Assembly: GCA_963693365.1 (NCBI GenBank) | Contig: CAVNZM010000006.1 | Span: 7,667,264-7,731,263, forward strand | Length of the DNA: 64,000 nt | From: Amoebidium appalachense | Taxonomy: Eukaryota; Protista; Ichthyosporea | Direction of reading: 5' to 3' | Part shown: positions 46,245 through 62,869 of the stretch, piece after piece | Numbering within the stretch: the first letter of the stretch is position 1 | Layout of the letters: every line of letters begins with the position of its first letter | The notes under the pieces: generated by a model | Told to the model about the DNA's origin: nothing | What the model saw: only the letters and a program-made list of their open reading frames with translations | Database searches by the model: none | Translations under genes and position numbers: made by a program

Positions 46245-46894
46245 TTGTGGAGGTGCAGGAGTTGGCCATTGATGAGGAGGATATTGAAGCTGCCGGCTCA
46301 GGAAACAACATCCGCCTGAAGCTCAAGAACATCGATGAAAACGTACGGGTCCCTGTCTGAAAAAAGTCACAGCGCGCGTGTGCACACACACACACACACT
46401 TGCCTACATGCACATGCACACGTGTACACGTCCTCCTCCACTCCTCCCCAAACTTTTGTTTGCAGGCACACCCACACACGCATGCACATGCACATGCGCA
46501 CGTAAACATGCCCTTTCCCGCCCCCAACTTGCATGTGCATGCACATCCAGTACACACATGCGTGGAGGCTTTTGCCCTCACACACACCACGTTTCCGGCA
46601 TGCCGACAGGAACACACACGGCTGCATTTGGGCTCATTCATGGTTTGTGCACACACACACACATGGGCGCGTGTTTCTGAGTAACGGGTTTCCTCATGGT
46701 GAATTTGCTCTTGTTGATACCGAATGCCTTAGTCTGACTTCCCCCCCCCCCTCTTCCCCCCCCGTCCGTTCCCTGCCTACGCCCCTCATCACTCGTGCAC
46801 AGCTGCACACGAACGTGCACACACACACACACGCGCGCGCGCGCGCGTACGCACACACACACACACACACGTCCTTCTACACGCGCGCGCGCAC

Positions 46895-46953
<59 letters not shown>

Positions 46954-48534
46954 ACACTCACACAGATACACACACACTCTCTCTCTCTCTCTCTTACACC
47001 CGCACACACACACTTACACCCACACGCACACACACACACACACACATACACACACACGTATACACACACACGTATACGCACACACACACACGTATACACA
47101 CACACGCACACACGTATACACACACACACACACACGTATACACACACACACACACACGTATACACACACACGTATACACACGTATACACACACACACGTA
47201 TACACACACACATACACACACACACGTATACACACACACACACACACGTATACACACACACGTATACACACACACACGTATACACACGTATACACACACT
47301 TATACACACACACACGTATACACACACACCTATACACACACACACACGTATACACACACACACACGTATACACATACACACACCTATACACACACACACG
47401 TATACACACGTATACACACACACGTATACACACACACACGTATACACACACACACGTATACACACGTATACACACACACGTATACACACACACACGTATA
47501 CACACACACACACGTATACACACGTATACACACACACACGTATACACACACACACACGTATACACACACACACGTATACACACGTATACACACACACACG
47601 TATACACACGTATACACACACACACGTATACACACACACACACGTATACACACACACACGTATACACACACACACACGTATACACACACACACACGTATA
47701 TACACACACACACACACACGTATACACACACACACGTATACACATACACACACGTATACACACATGCGCGCGTATACACACACACACGCGTATACACACA
47801 CACACACACGTATACACACACACACACACGTATACACACACACACGTATACACACACACACACGTATACATACACACACGTATACACACACACACGTATA
47901 CACACACACACGTATACACACACACACACGCCAAACAGGACGTCCACGTAGGCCACGTTCTTTGCGACCCAGACCAGCTCGTGCCGAGTGTGCGTGTGTT
48001 TGACGTGCAGCTGATGGTGCTGGAGGTAGAGAACATCATCTGCGCCGGCTACACATGTGTGCTCCACATCCACGCCGCCGCAGAGGAGGTCAAGTTTGCA
48101 GTATGCCCCCCCCCCCCCCCCCCCCCCCCCCCTCCCCTCTCTCCCTCTCTCTCTCTCTGCCCTTCACTTCCCCCCCCTCCCCCCCGCCCCACCACCACCA
48201 CCACAACACCACCCACCACCCCTTTTCCTCCCCCCGTTTGAATTTGGGTTTTCTTTAATGTGACGTTTTGTAGTTTGTCCTTGGGTTGTGACGTTTTGTA
48301 GTTTGTCCTTGGGTGTCTCCACCATATTTCCAACCCTCCAGCGCACACATCACCCTGCCCCCCCCCCTCCCCCCCAGGGGTTGCCTGGGTTTGCCCCTTT
48401 TAATCGTACTTAGGCAAATTCCGAGCATTTTGACACCCTTCAGGGTCGTATTTACTAATTGGATGCCCCCTTTTGATCGTATTGCGGGGTTTTCTAAACC
48501 GTATTTTGGGCCGATACGATTCGTAACACAAACC

Positions 48535-48576
<42 letters not shown>

Positions 48577-49359
48577 TTTCATCTTTATAATGAAGCAGCC
48601 CCGCCTATCAGCAAAGCAGTCCCCCCCCCCCCTGCATACCCCCTTTCATAGCTATAGACACACTTCACACATTGCGTTACGCGCACGCATGCACACACCG
48701 CTCTGTTGGCGACAGCTCCCTTGGAACCCATGCGGCATGTTACCCGCCGGCGTAACATAACTCGGACTATCGGTTTGGCTTTTTTCAAGCCCAAAGCAAT
48801 GGGTGATACCATATTTCCGGCTGACATCCGGGGGCATAGCTTTCCGTTCGAAGACGATAAAGTTCCGCCCTAGTAAGCGTGTTACTACCCTGCGGCGTGG
48901 GTCAAATCTCATATTTTCCCCTCTGATTACGAATTCTGTGGCCTTCGGGACTTAATTCTTTTCAGCTGGTGTAGTATGTTAGCCAGGGAAGTATCGACTT
49001 AGGTATCGACGGGGGAGCTTCCTAGAAGCCCCGTCTCCTGAGTTCCTATCTATATTTTTCTTGCTTCTGCTTACTGCTGCAACTTTAACCCCCGGCCTTT
49101 CCCACTGCCCTTGCCTGCATAAGCAACCCTGCTCGTCTCTGATCAAGACGGGTGACCTACTCATGTTCAAGTGAAACAGTATCTGAGTTGGGTTTCGTTA
49201 ACGAGGGGAATAGGTCGAAACTCGGGTACTGTGGATGACGTGGGCCCCCCCTGAGGATGGGCTCTGCTTATTATGCATACTCTTTATGTATGGCTTGCAT
49301 TCTGCATCGTGTTATCCGTTTGTTCTTGTGTACTTCGTACTTTTTGACGCATTCAACCA

Positions 49360-49390
<31 letters not shown>

Positions 49391-50358
49391 CTTTCTCCCC
49401 GTTCACGTTTTAGTGAGGTGGCCCCGATTTTGTTTTAGTACTTTTCGCCATTTCACCACTCATGGTAATGTGCACTTTTTTTTTTAACGCATTTCACTCA
49501 CTCTTTCACTCATTATTTCACACTTACCCACACACACTCTCACCGTAACACCCACAAATGCACACACACACGTACACGTACACGTACACACACGTACACA
49601 CACGTACACGTACACACACGTACACGTACACACACGTACACACACGTACACGCAGGCGCTCATTGCCACGCTAGACCGCAAGGGCGAGATAGTCCAGAAG
49701 AAGCCGCGGTTCATCAAACAGGACATGATTGTGATTGCCCGCCTGGAGACTCTGGGTGGTGCCGTGTGCATGGAGCTGTTCAAGGAGTTCCCCCAGCTGG
49801 GCCGGTTCACTCTGCGTGACAAGGGTATGTGCGATGTTTCTTCTTCTTCTTCTTTTTTTTTTTTTTGGTCCTGTCACTCCCTCTGTTCCACACACACATG
49901 CATGCACATACACAAACAAAATCTTTTCCTCTCTCCCTCTCTCCATGCGTCTCTCTCTGAGATCTCTTCTGGTCTCTTCCTCTCTCTCTCTCTCTCTCTC
50001 TCCCTCGCTCTCCGTCTCCCTCTCCCTCTCGTTCTCTCTCTGTCTCCCCCCCCCCCCCCCCCCCCCCCCCCCCCGTTCCCCCTCTCTCCCCCTTTCTCTC
50101 TTTCCTTCTTTGGGGCAGGTGGGCCCCCGGGGGAGGGGAGGGGAGGGGGGGGGGGGAGGGGAGAGAGAAAGAGAGTGTGTGTGTGTGTGTGTGTCTGTGG
50201 GGGGGGGGGGGAGGGGGGGTATAGAGATCAAGAGAGAAATTGTGGAGGGAGACTGATCTCTGCCCTCAGTCACTATCACGACCTTGCAACAGGGGAAGTT
50301 TAGAGATAGGGCTGGGCATTTGAAAAACGGGGGGGGGGGGGGGGGGGGGGGGGGCATG

Positions 50359-50397
<39 letters not shown>

Positions 50398-50483
50398 ACT
50401 GTGTGCGTGTGTTTGCTGATACCATTTCATCCTCTGCAGGCAAGACCATTGCCATCGGCAAGGTTGTCAAGCTTGTTTCCTAA
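38388..50483 (+). CDS. GSPT1: Eukaryotic peptide chain release factor GTP-binding subunit eRF3 (Sup35/GSPT)
   Basis: Exons 38388-38688, 39829-40485, 41422-41455, 42153-42324, 42747-42988, 43504-43568, 44664-44742, 45491-45665, 46241-46342, 47939-48100, 49656-49824, 50440-50483. Motifs [56 protein letters not shown]. Confidence 0.97.
43924..44095 (+). mobile_element. Family B copy starting at TTGGG
   Basis: TTGGGTTTCGTTAACGAGGGGAATAGGTCGAAACTCGGGTACT...CTGAGGATGGGCTCT...; matches 49188-49358. Confidence 0.85.
45220..45424 (+). mobile_element. Family A copy starting at TTGGAG
   Basis: Matches 841-1034; lies in eRF3 intron 7. Confidence 0.85.
47050..47930 (+). repeat. ~880-bp CGTATA(CA)n minisatellite
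   Basis: Dozens of CGTATACACACA.. units running up to the eRF3 exon 10 acceptor at 47937-47938. Confidence 0.95.
48375..48537. mobile_element. Possible short hAT-like element
   Basis: Termini CAGGGGTTG ... CAAACCCTG, inserted in poly-C so the TSD cannot be resolved. Confidence 0.45.
49178..49358 (+). mobile_element. Family B copy, near full-length
   Basis: AGTATCTGAGTT...AACTCGGGTACT forms a 12-bp stem with two G-U pairs, followed by CTGAGGATGGGCTCT and the family B tail. Confidence 0.85.
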
Positions 50484-51136
50484 ACGGCAAAACCCAAACG
50501 GGCATTGAGGGATGGTGGTAAATGGGCGAAAGAAGATTGCTAGTGGGGAACTAATGCTTATTACCCCATGTAGCATTGTACTTTGCTCGTCATGTTGTTT
50601 GTGGGTTTAGTTGTTTTCCTTTTCTGTTCATACGCCCTTTTTTGGTTTTTTTTTGGTAAAGGGTTTTGTTTTAGTGGTCGTTGGTTTTGCAATGCAAAGG
50701 TGTATGTATATATCTAAGACTAGAGTAGGCATCTATCCACATACACACTACCACCCTCACACACACTAGGCGTGCACATTGATGACATCTGTTACCCACA
50801 CTTGGTGTTTCATACTCAATCCACAGCAATTGCATATATCGAACATGTTGAGTAAACAACAACTTTCCATGTGCATTCATGCAGATAAACACGTGTGATT
50901 CTTCGAGTGGTGTGTATCTTTGCCCGGAGCAAATAAAATTTATTTGGCCGTCCCTCTTTCTTTGAAAGTGTGACCCGATGCAACATGTCTCTCCTCTCCC
51001 TCCCTCCCTCTCTTTTCCTCCCTCCCTCTCTCCCTCTCTCCCCCTCCCTTCCGACTGTACCCTAGTCAAACGCTAGGGTGCTAAAGGTGCCATTAGCTAA
51101 GCTATAGCTAACATGCCGTGGCAAGCATGAGATCAG

Positions 51137-51356
51137 TCAGGATGGCTTCGCACATATTGGTAGTCGTTTTGGTGCACTGCAAAAACACAGTGCATCAATT
51201 CAAACACCCGCACGCACACGCACGTGCACTCTAGATCCTGGCAGATCTCACTCACACACCAGATAGCTTGTCACATAGCTAGTACTTAAACTGTTCCTGC
51301 ACTTCTTCCTCCTGTCTTTGTGTAATCCACTGTGATCATATGACACACACACGCAC

Positions 51357-51394
<38 letters not shown>

Positions 51395-51459
51395 ACGCTC
51401 GCTACATACACACACTGTGACAGACGGTCACTCACACACACACTCACACACACACACGT

Positions 51460-51501
<42 letters not shown>

Positions 51502-51652
51502 ACACGCAAGCAGACACACACCCTGTCCTCTCCCTCTCCCCTTCAGAATCTCTCCCTCTCACTCTCTCTACCCTTTAATTACAGGCTGTCATCCCGACTC
51601 CCGACCCCCTTCTAGAATTCGTCCTCTTCCTCTCTTAGATCTCTCCCTCTCT

Positions 51653-51701
<49 letters not shown>

Positions 51702-51723
51702 CTCTCTCTCTCTCTCTCTAGAG

Positions 51724-51766
<43 letters not shown>

Positions 51767-51796
51767 TCTCTCTCTCTGTCAGCTGTGAGAGTCTCT

Positions 51797-51873
<77 letters not shown>

Positions 51874-51980
51874 AGCTATGAGAGTCTCTTTCTCTCTCTC
51901 TCCCTCTCTCTCGGGGCTCTCCCTCTCTCTTTCTCTGGCTATCTTTCTCTCCCTCTCTCCCTCTCTCCCTTTATTAGATC

Positions 51981-52079
<99 letters not shown>

Positions 52080-52447
52080 CGTGTGTGTGTGTGTCTGTGT
52101 GTGTGCGTGTGTGTGCGTGTGTATGCGTGTGCGAAATTTAAATGATATATACCGGTATATCAATACCGGTACCAGTCCCTCCGGATCCTCACCCTCTCCG
52201 AGCTTTTCACCAACCATTCTGCGTACCGCCTCCATCAGCCTCCTCCTTGCTCCTGTCACCGCATGCGGATGTACAGCGGCGCACTGCGATATACCGTGAT
52301 CCATGTGCACATGTACCCTGATGACGGTACGTGTGCAGACGCCGCCATATAGTAGCGCGTACGTACGATGTTCACACGTGCACCGTGCACACCGCAGACA
52401 CGTGCACACACACACACACGCACACATGTACGCACACACACACACAT

Positions 52448-52496
<49 letters not shown>

Positions 52497-52732
52497 TGTG
52501 CGGTGTGCGGTGTGCGTCTGCGTGTACGTGTACACACATACGCATACACACACAAACACACACACACTGACACACACACACACACACACGTGCACGCACA
52601 CACGTGCACGTACAATCCACGCAGGCGTGTACGCCACCTCAAAATTATACGCACACGTCCATGAATATGACATCACTGAAATTGTAGTCCATCGAGGAGA
52701 TCCTGAACCAAAAAACACAAAATTTTCATCAT
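51137..52732 (-). CDS. Putative small spliced orphan gene; start uncertain
   Basis: Four non-repetitive islands bounded by GT/AG: ~52732-52614, 52317-52173, 51329-51286, 51176-51137. The last three join in phase ([71 protein letters not shown]). No recognisable homology. Confidence 0.35.
51640..52130 (+). repeat. (CT)n followed by (GT)n microsatellite block
   Basis: Directly visible in the sequence. Confidence 0.9.
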
Positions 52733-53474
52733 AAAGATACGCCACTATAGACTAAAGCGGTCGTCCAAGCACCACGATCATTGATTGGCTAAATTTATCA
52801 TAATATAGTTGCCACCAGAGTAAGCTTCAGTAAAAGTGGGTTTGTTTTTGCGCCGTACGGCTCAGAAGAATCAATTATTGAAAGCTTACATATATGAAAA
52901 TATGAAAGTATAGAATTCTATGAATAAATAGTAGATGTTTTCTTGGTTTACGGTATTGTTGGTCCGTTCCTCACGGTTAAAAAAGGCTTCTCCGAATTCG
53001 GCAACATGCCTGATAAGCTTTAACGGTTAAACATTTGCTCGAGGGGGATTCCAACTTCATAAGAGAATGTTTTATGTTTTAGTAAGAGTTTTAAACAGCT
53101 AATGTCACGGTATCAAGTTACCGTGATATGCGTCGCCGGGCGTCCATGGATGGCCATGGCCCAGCAGCTGAACACAAAAGGGCAGGACCGTGCCAGTATG
53201 CTGTCATCGATACACACGTTCGGTGTTGGAAACGAGCTTGTTCTATTTCTTTTTTCATGTTTTTACAAATTAGCAACTAAACCACAAACACCGTTCAGTA
53301 CAAGAAACACTCACGATCACTCGGTTTGTCTTTGCTGTTATTCGCATGACAGCCCCGGCCCCTTGACTACTCACACAATCAACGCGGTGAGCAATTATAT
53401 TGCGTGAGAGGTCAAGCGAATTTGTCAGAACAATAAACAGCCCTAATCACTTACCAAAACACTTTTTTTTCACT

Positions 53475-53820
53475 ATGTTGCAAAAGGGCGTATGTGCGGC
53501 GGCAGTTTTGCTGCTCGCCATCTCGACGTGTGCTGCGCCCGTCCGTCGTGATGCTGCAGGCGATACGTTTGGTGAGTACCTTGCAATTATGTGTGTTATG
53601 TTTACATACAAAAGGTTACAAACATGCCGTATTTGTTTTGTTCATCTCATTGCCCTCCCACGCCATACATTCTAACCACTCCCCATCAGCATACACACGG
53701 TATGAAAATACACATGCACAAGCACGCGCGCAGTGCCAGAGACACACGCACGTATGTGCGCACGCACACGCATTCGTACCCGGCGCGCGCACACGCACTC
53801 GCACAAGCATACACACGCGC

Positions 53821-53914
<94 letters not shown>

Positions 53915-54049
53915 AACACAAACACAAACACACACAAACAAACAAACGTTGAAAGGAAAAGGCTACACGAACACATAAAATCACATTTTCAGAAACATTC
54001 GTACATCACGAAAACGAGAACACACACCACATCATATATATGGCACATT

Positions 54050-54109
<60 letters not shown>

Positions 54110-54330
54110 CACATTTACACTCAGAGAGAGAGAGACATACGGCCACACCGCACGCAGCACACAGAAACACATCAGGGCACTTAATCCCGCGAAGAACACA
54201 CCAGCTACTCGCTCGCTCGCGCGCGCACACGCACACACACAAAATACACTTGTCAAACATGCACACGCGCACAACACATTTCGCCCGTCTACAGGCACAC
54301 CACACCACACCCACGTGCAGCGCGCGCGTG

Positions 54331-54395
<65 letters not shown>

Positions 54396-54920
54396 GCACA
54401 CACACACACAAGCACACACACTCACTCACTCACACAGTGGCCGTGATCATCGTGATACATTTAGCGATTTGTATCCATGCCGCACACCAGACCATGCTTC
54501 TAATTCAACACATGCACTCACAGGGGGACCTTTTCATGCACTTACACCAATACAAAAACAAACTCTCTGGCTTATACACATATCCGGCATCCATCCTGCC
54601 ATGTGTGTGTATGGGTACATAGTTGGTTGAAGTAAAACCAAAAGTTATTTCAGCGTGAAGCATGAGCCTTGAATTTTTCTTTGCCATGGGCAGATATGAC
54701 TCTAGGCCTTAAACCAGTCGAAGGAGAATTGCTATCACCTTCTTTGGCTATGCCTCCCCCCCCCCCCCCCCTCCCCACACACACACACACACACACACAA
54801 TACCTTGTGACGAAACTCGTTCTTATGCGGAAGCACCAAATCTCTGGTCGTGGGCATCTGTTCAAATGTGTTCTGCCGGCAAAGCCATCTTAGTCTTTTT
54901 TTTCTTTCTTTCTTTCTTTT

Positions 54921-54952
<32 letters not shown>

Positions 54953-54966
54953 TTTTTCTTCCTTTT

Positions 54967-55001
<35 letters not shown>

Positions 55002-56863
55002 TGTTCGTGAGTGTAACAAAAATTGCCTTCTATGCCTGCCACCCCCCCCCCCCCCCCCCCCCCCCCTCCCCCCCCTTCCCCTCCGATTTTTCGAGCACCA
55101 TGTGTCACGATTCACGTATATGCATACACCTCTTTGTGCATGCTCCTATCCAACCCAACCACATACACACCTACCCATAACATGCAACGAATCTAAACTT
55201 GGGCAAACCGAACACACCTCTTTTGACTTTCCCCCTCTACCAATACCGCAACTGACCCCATTTCCTCCCTCTCCATATTCTCCGCAGACATCAGTTCTCT
55301 TTTTGGACCCCAATCCGGACCTGGGACCCCCTCTACAGGGGACCAGCCGGCTGGAGTCATCACCGACAACATCAGCACGGGGGCCCCAATTTCCGCATTG
55401 GACCCCAGCCTTGGTGGGTCTACGGGGACGACTGACTTGGGGATCATGAACACCTCCCAGCAACCTCTCGGTGGCCTCAATTCTCCTTCGGCCCCCTCCA
55501 CCCCCGACATCAACACGACCAACATGCCACCAGGAGATTTTTCGTCGTTTTTACCCCCCGGTGGGACCGGAGGCAACACCACCCCATCTCCGGCCGGACC
55601 CTCATTCAACACCGGGGAGGGTCCCGGGTTGAGTGTAGGGGGATTGGGTGCTCCCTCTGCTGGCTTGCCCCCCCAGGCAAAGCCACCCCCTAAAGCCAAC
55701 GTGGGGCAGGGAGTTGCGAAGAAAATTATTGGATCCCTGGAGGGACCTAAGGTTCAGGCGAGGACCATGGGGCCTCCTTTTGATGTCAACGAATACTTGA
55801 AGAAGCATCCTAAGGGTGAGTGTGTGTGTGCTGTGGTGTGTGTTGTTTGATGCTAGAAGACTAGAAGAGAGAGGGGGGAGGGGGGAGGGGGGGGGGGGAG
55901 AGAGGGGGGAGGAGGAAGAGGTTGTTTGTGGGTGTGTGGGTGCGCAAGTGCAAGTTTGTTTTTGAGAGGCGTGGTGACGAGTAAGGAAAGAGGTCTGATT
56001 TGAACAAAGATCAGGGAACCCAGCGAAAATGGGGTGTAGTCCTTCCCCTCCTCCCCCCCCCCCCCCCCCCCTCCCCCCCCCCCCCTCCCGATTTGCTACC
56101 CCTCACAAACCGTAAATAGAAAACAGAAAGAGTACCGCAAGGAACTTGGAAAACCGACGGCCTGTTAGAATGAAAGGGACAGGCTTACCAGAGATAGGAA
56201 TGGTTGGGGGTGTGTGGGGATGGGGGGTAAATGTTTGTCACGTAAGATTGCTTTGCCACGTTTCACACCAACCAACCAACCAAGCAAGTAAGCACACTGA
56301 CAAACAACATATCACAATTGCATTTTACATTTCAACCATCAACTATTAACAAACACAAAATCCATGCAGCGGAGTTAACCGGTGGGCCATCTGGGCCGGG
56401 GGGTGTTCTTGCCGTGGGCAACTGCAACTACGAACTGAAGGTGCAGCCCGATGGGAACATTGTCATTGACGGAAAGGAGAAACTCATTGTGTGGAGCACA
56501 AAGACGTCGGGCCTGTGGAATGGGTTCAACACTAAGGACATCACGCTCAAGGTGTGTGTAAAGTGGACGAGAGGGTGTTTTTTTTTGTTTCTTTTTTTTT
56601 CTTTTTTTTTTTTTTTTTCCCTTCTTGGTTTTGTTTTGTTTGTCGTTTTCTCTATTAATTTTCCGCTTCTTCCTCTCTTTTAGTTCTTTTCGTTTTGGTT
56701 GTGGAAGGGGTTCAACACTAAGGACATCAAGTTCAAGGTGTGTGCCTGCGTGGAAATGGGAGAGCGTGTTTTTTCTTTTTTTCAAAAGTGCAATGATCCC
56801 CTTCAAAATTGCTTTTTATTTTTTTTATCATATTTTTTTTTGTGGGGGGGGGGGGGGGGGGTT

Positions 56864-56904
<41 letters not shown>

Positions 56905-57473
56905 TCTCCATCTTCTCGTTCTTTATTGTGCTTGTTTTAGTAGTTAATGTCTGGAGTTGTGGGAACCGAAGGAGGATTGAGACCACCAAGAGGTTGCTGG
57001 GAGGTGTTCATTATCGTATTTGTTACATAACCTTCAGGAATCTGTACTCCATTGATGTACCACATTTTAACAACCCTCCTCCCCCCCCCTCCTCCCCTCC
57101 TCCACACACACGCACACAAACCCTTCACACACATACACACACGCACACACGCACACACACACACACAACAACAACAACAACAACAAAAAAAAAAAAACAC
57201 ACACAGCTCGACAACGGGCAGCTGCGTTCATACATCCTCAACGCGAGGGCCCAACCCAAGAGCAAAGAGTGGAAAACGGACATTGCCCCCGGACATGCCT
57301 TGCCAAAAAAGGCTATTTTGGGTCCCTCAGGAAACCTGTTGGTATTGGATGAGCAGGGTAACATCCTCTGGTCTACTGCTATTGACAAGAGCTATGAATG
57401 CAAGAACGCGGAGACTCTAATGAACGCTCTCGGAACTGAAACGCAGCGGAGCGTTGGGCGGATTTCTGCATAG
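53475..57473 (+). CDS. Secreted protein: signal peptide, P/G/S/T-rich linker, C-terminal bulb-type (GNA/B-) lectin domain
   Basis: Exons 53475-53571 (MLQKGVCAAAVLLLAISTCAAP), 55288-55815, 56370-56551 (YELKVQPDGNIVI...VWST), 57207-57473 (LDNGQL...ILGPSGNLLVLDEQGNILWST). All in phase. QxDxNxV and WST are B-lectin signatures. Confidence 0.8.
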
Positions 57474-58009
57474 GGGAATGAGTTTTTACAGGGGGAGGTG
57501 TGTGTGCAGAGTGTGTTATAGAGGGGGAAAGGCCCGGGCGGGGTGGGGGTTGGGGGTTGGTGGGGGGGGGGGGGGGGGGGGGGGGGGACGTGCGTGTATG
57601 TGTGCATCAAAACTAAGTGCGGCATTATGAACTAAACCTTGCAAGTGACATCACTTGCAAAAAAAAAAACGGGAACGGTGGTTTGAGTAACAACTTGTGC
57701 ATCCCACTCATATTCATATTAATCACTGTCGGCGAGATGAAGGGGCCCGGCGCATCTGCACGAGTTTTGATACATAGTTGATACGGGGTTTTATGTTGGG
57801 AATGAACTATTTATTCTAGCACGTGAGAGAGAAAGGAAGGTCTAGACTTCACCGTGCATGGTACATATATGTAACATATCTGGGACAGCCCAGGGAGCTC
57901 GTCCACGTCTAAATATGACCAAGCACATAATCTGTGCAAATATGCAAATAAAAAATCTGATCTGGCTGCCGAGGCTGCCAGCCGTAAGCCGAAACCCCCA
58001 TGCAAACAA

Positions 58010-58040
<31 letters not shown>

Positions 58041-58323
58041 ACACACCCCCCCCCCCCCCCCCCCCCCCCCTGCTTGTTATGCATACTCTTTATGTGGTTT
58101 CCACTCGGCATTGTGATGTCCTTTGTGAATGTGTGCTTCGTACTTTATATGGACCATTCACCCCCCCCCCCCCCCCCCCCCCCCTCCTCCACCCACCCCG
58201 CAACACACACACACACACACACACACACAAGCACACAGGGGGGGCACCCTCGCGCGCACGCACCGTGCAATGGCGCAGAAAATCCTCAGACATATGATGC
58301 CCCCCCCCCCCCCCCCCCCCCCC

Positions 58324-58358
<35 letters not shown>

Positions 58359-59910
58359 CACACCACCCCATCCACTCACCCACCACCACCACCTCTTTGC
58401 GCGACTCGAAGGCATATTACCCGCCGAATCATGCTGCCAGTGCCGTGAATCGATTTTCATGCTTATTCTGATAGCATATGCACTCGACACAGAATAATTC
58501 TGCTTTCTGCGAATGATTCTGCTTTTTGTAGGAATATTCTGCCTTGTGCAATAATCCTGCAAGAAAGAATTTCATTAACTTCCAATTTTGCTAAAACTTT
58601 AAGATTCTGCTGTGTGCACGTGCCGAGCAGTCGTACTCTTAGCAAGTTCATTCTGTTCTCACACGGTCAGCTGCAGCAGAATTATTCTGTTGAGATAGAA
58701 ATACTTTCAGGATCCAATCAAAATAATGAGTATTGACGAATTTGAAAAGAAAATGATTCCAACTTTCTAACAATAGAAGAGAGCCCAACCTTCATGATCA
58801 ACGGGCGCTTGCTGCGACTAATTATGCTGCAAACCAAGTGAACAATCTGAGCAGAAACAATTCTGTTTATCTAGCGGAATTGGTCAGCAAAAGGAGATTT
58901 AGTCTGCAAAGCCGGGGTAATCTTCACTTTGCTTTGGGTCTATGAATTGCAACAAAAAAAAAACCAAAAAATATCTGCACTTCAGCATAATTTTTATCCG
59001 CCAAGCCCAGAATGATGGATCTGCGCTGACAAGTCTAATCGTGCTGAAGTGGTTAATCGGTAAATACTATTACTGAATACTAACCAATGCGATACGAGCG
59101 TGGCACTCCACATATGGTCAAGAAATTTAAGGAGCCCGCCTTACGTGTCGACGTCCTCAGCCTGTACGCTCTGTCTTGCACAAAACTCAAGCTAAAGTCA
59201 CGAGTTTGTTCCCCCCACCGTTGGTGTCTTGTTACAATTCCCCATAAAAATTCTTTCAATAAATCCACGTTACAAAGACACGCATATACACAAGGAACTT
59301 TAATACCAGGAACGCAAACAGACGGGCAGGCGGTGCATATCTGTATTAACATTTATCAAACACCATTATACTTTGCTTGGCTCCCTACATAAGCTTGTAA
59401 GTATTCGGGTGCTTAGTTTCTTTTCAAATGTTACAATACTGTACAGGAGAAAAGCCTTCTTAGAGAAAAGGCACACGTGCATTAGAAGCAGTCAGAATAT
59501 TATCTCGGTGCTTTTAACACCAATCAAAATGGGCATTTGCGCACCACCCCACATGCCAATCAAATAGCTCTGATGATCGAAAAATGCATTCCTGATTCCT
59601 GGAACACGTTGATCTATACCCACGTGCACAACTGAGGTGCGGGAAACGAGCTCCGGAAACGGGGAGGAAGAGAAAGAGGGCCCGGAAACTGTGGGAAGCT
59701 TTAGATGAGAGATAGAAGTGATTGTTGCATGTGTGCACATTTTACATGAGATCGAATGACGCTGTAGTTTTTATATTCCGGAGCTATAAAACGAAAACGA
59801 GAAAGTAGAAAGTTATGAACTCTGTAACCAAAAGCACTTGGATGATCCCGAGCGGCAGTAGCTACAGGCACTTTAAGGAGATTGATTTTTCTTACAAATC
59901 TTAGCGCTCA

Positions 59911-62785
<2,875 letters not shown>

Positions 62786-62869
62786 GTGAGTCTCTCTTGC
62801 TGATTCATGTTTTGGCTCGTAGTGCAGTCTGTAGCCCCCCCCTCCCCCCTCCCCCCGCGCTGCTTCTCC

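Noticed and set aside
46533-48073. Long 230-470 aa ORFs of HT/VC repeats (also 15051-15991, 36276-37517 and many others)
   Set aside because: They are translations of stop-free microsatellites and homopolymers in introns or intergenic DNA, not proteins.
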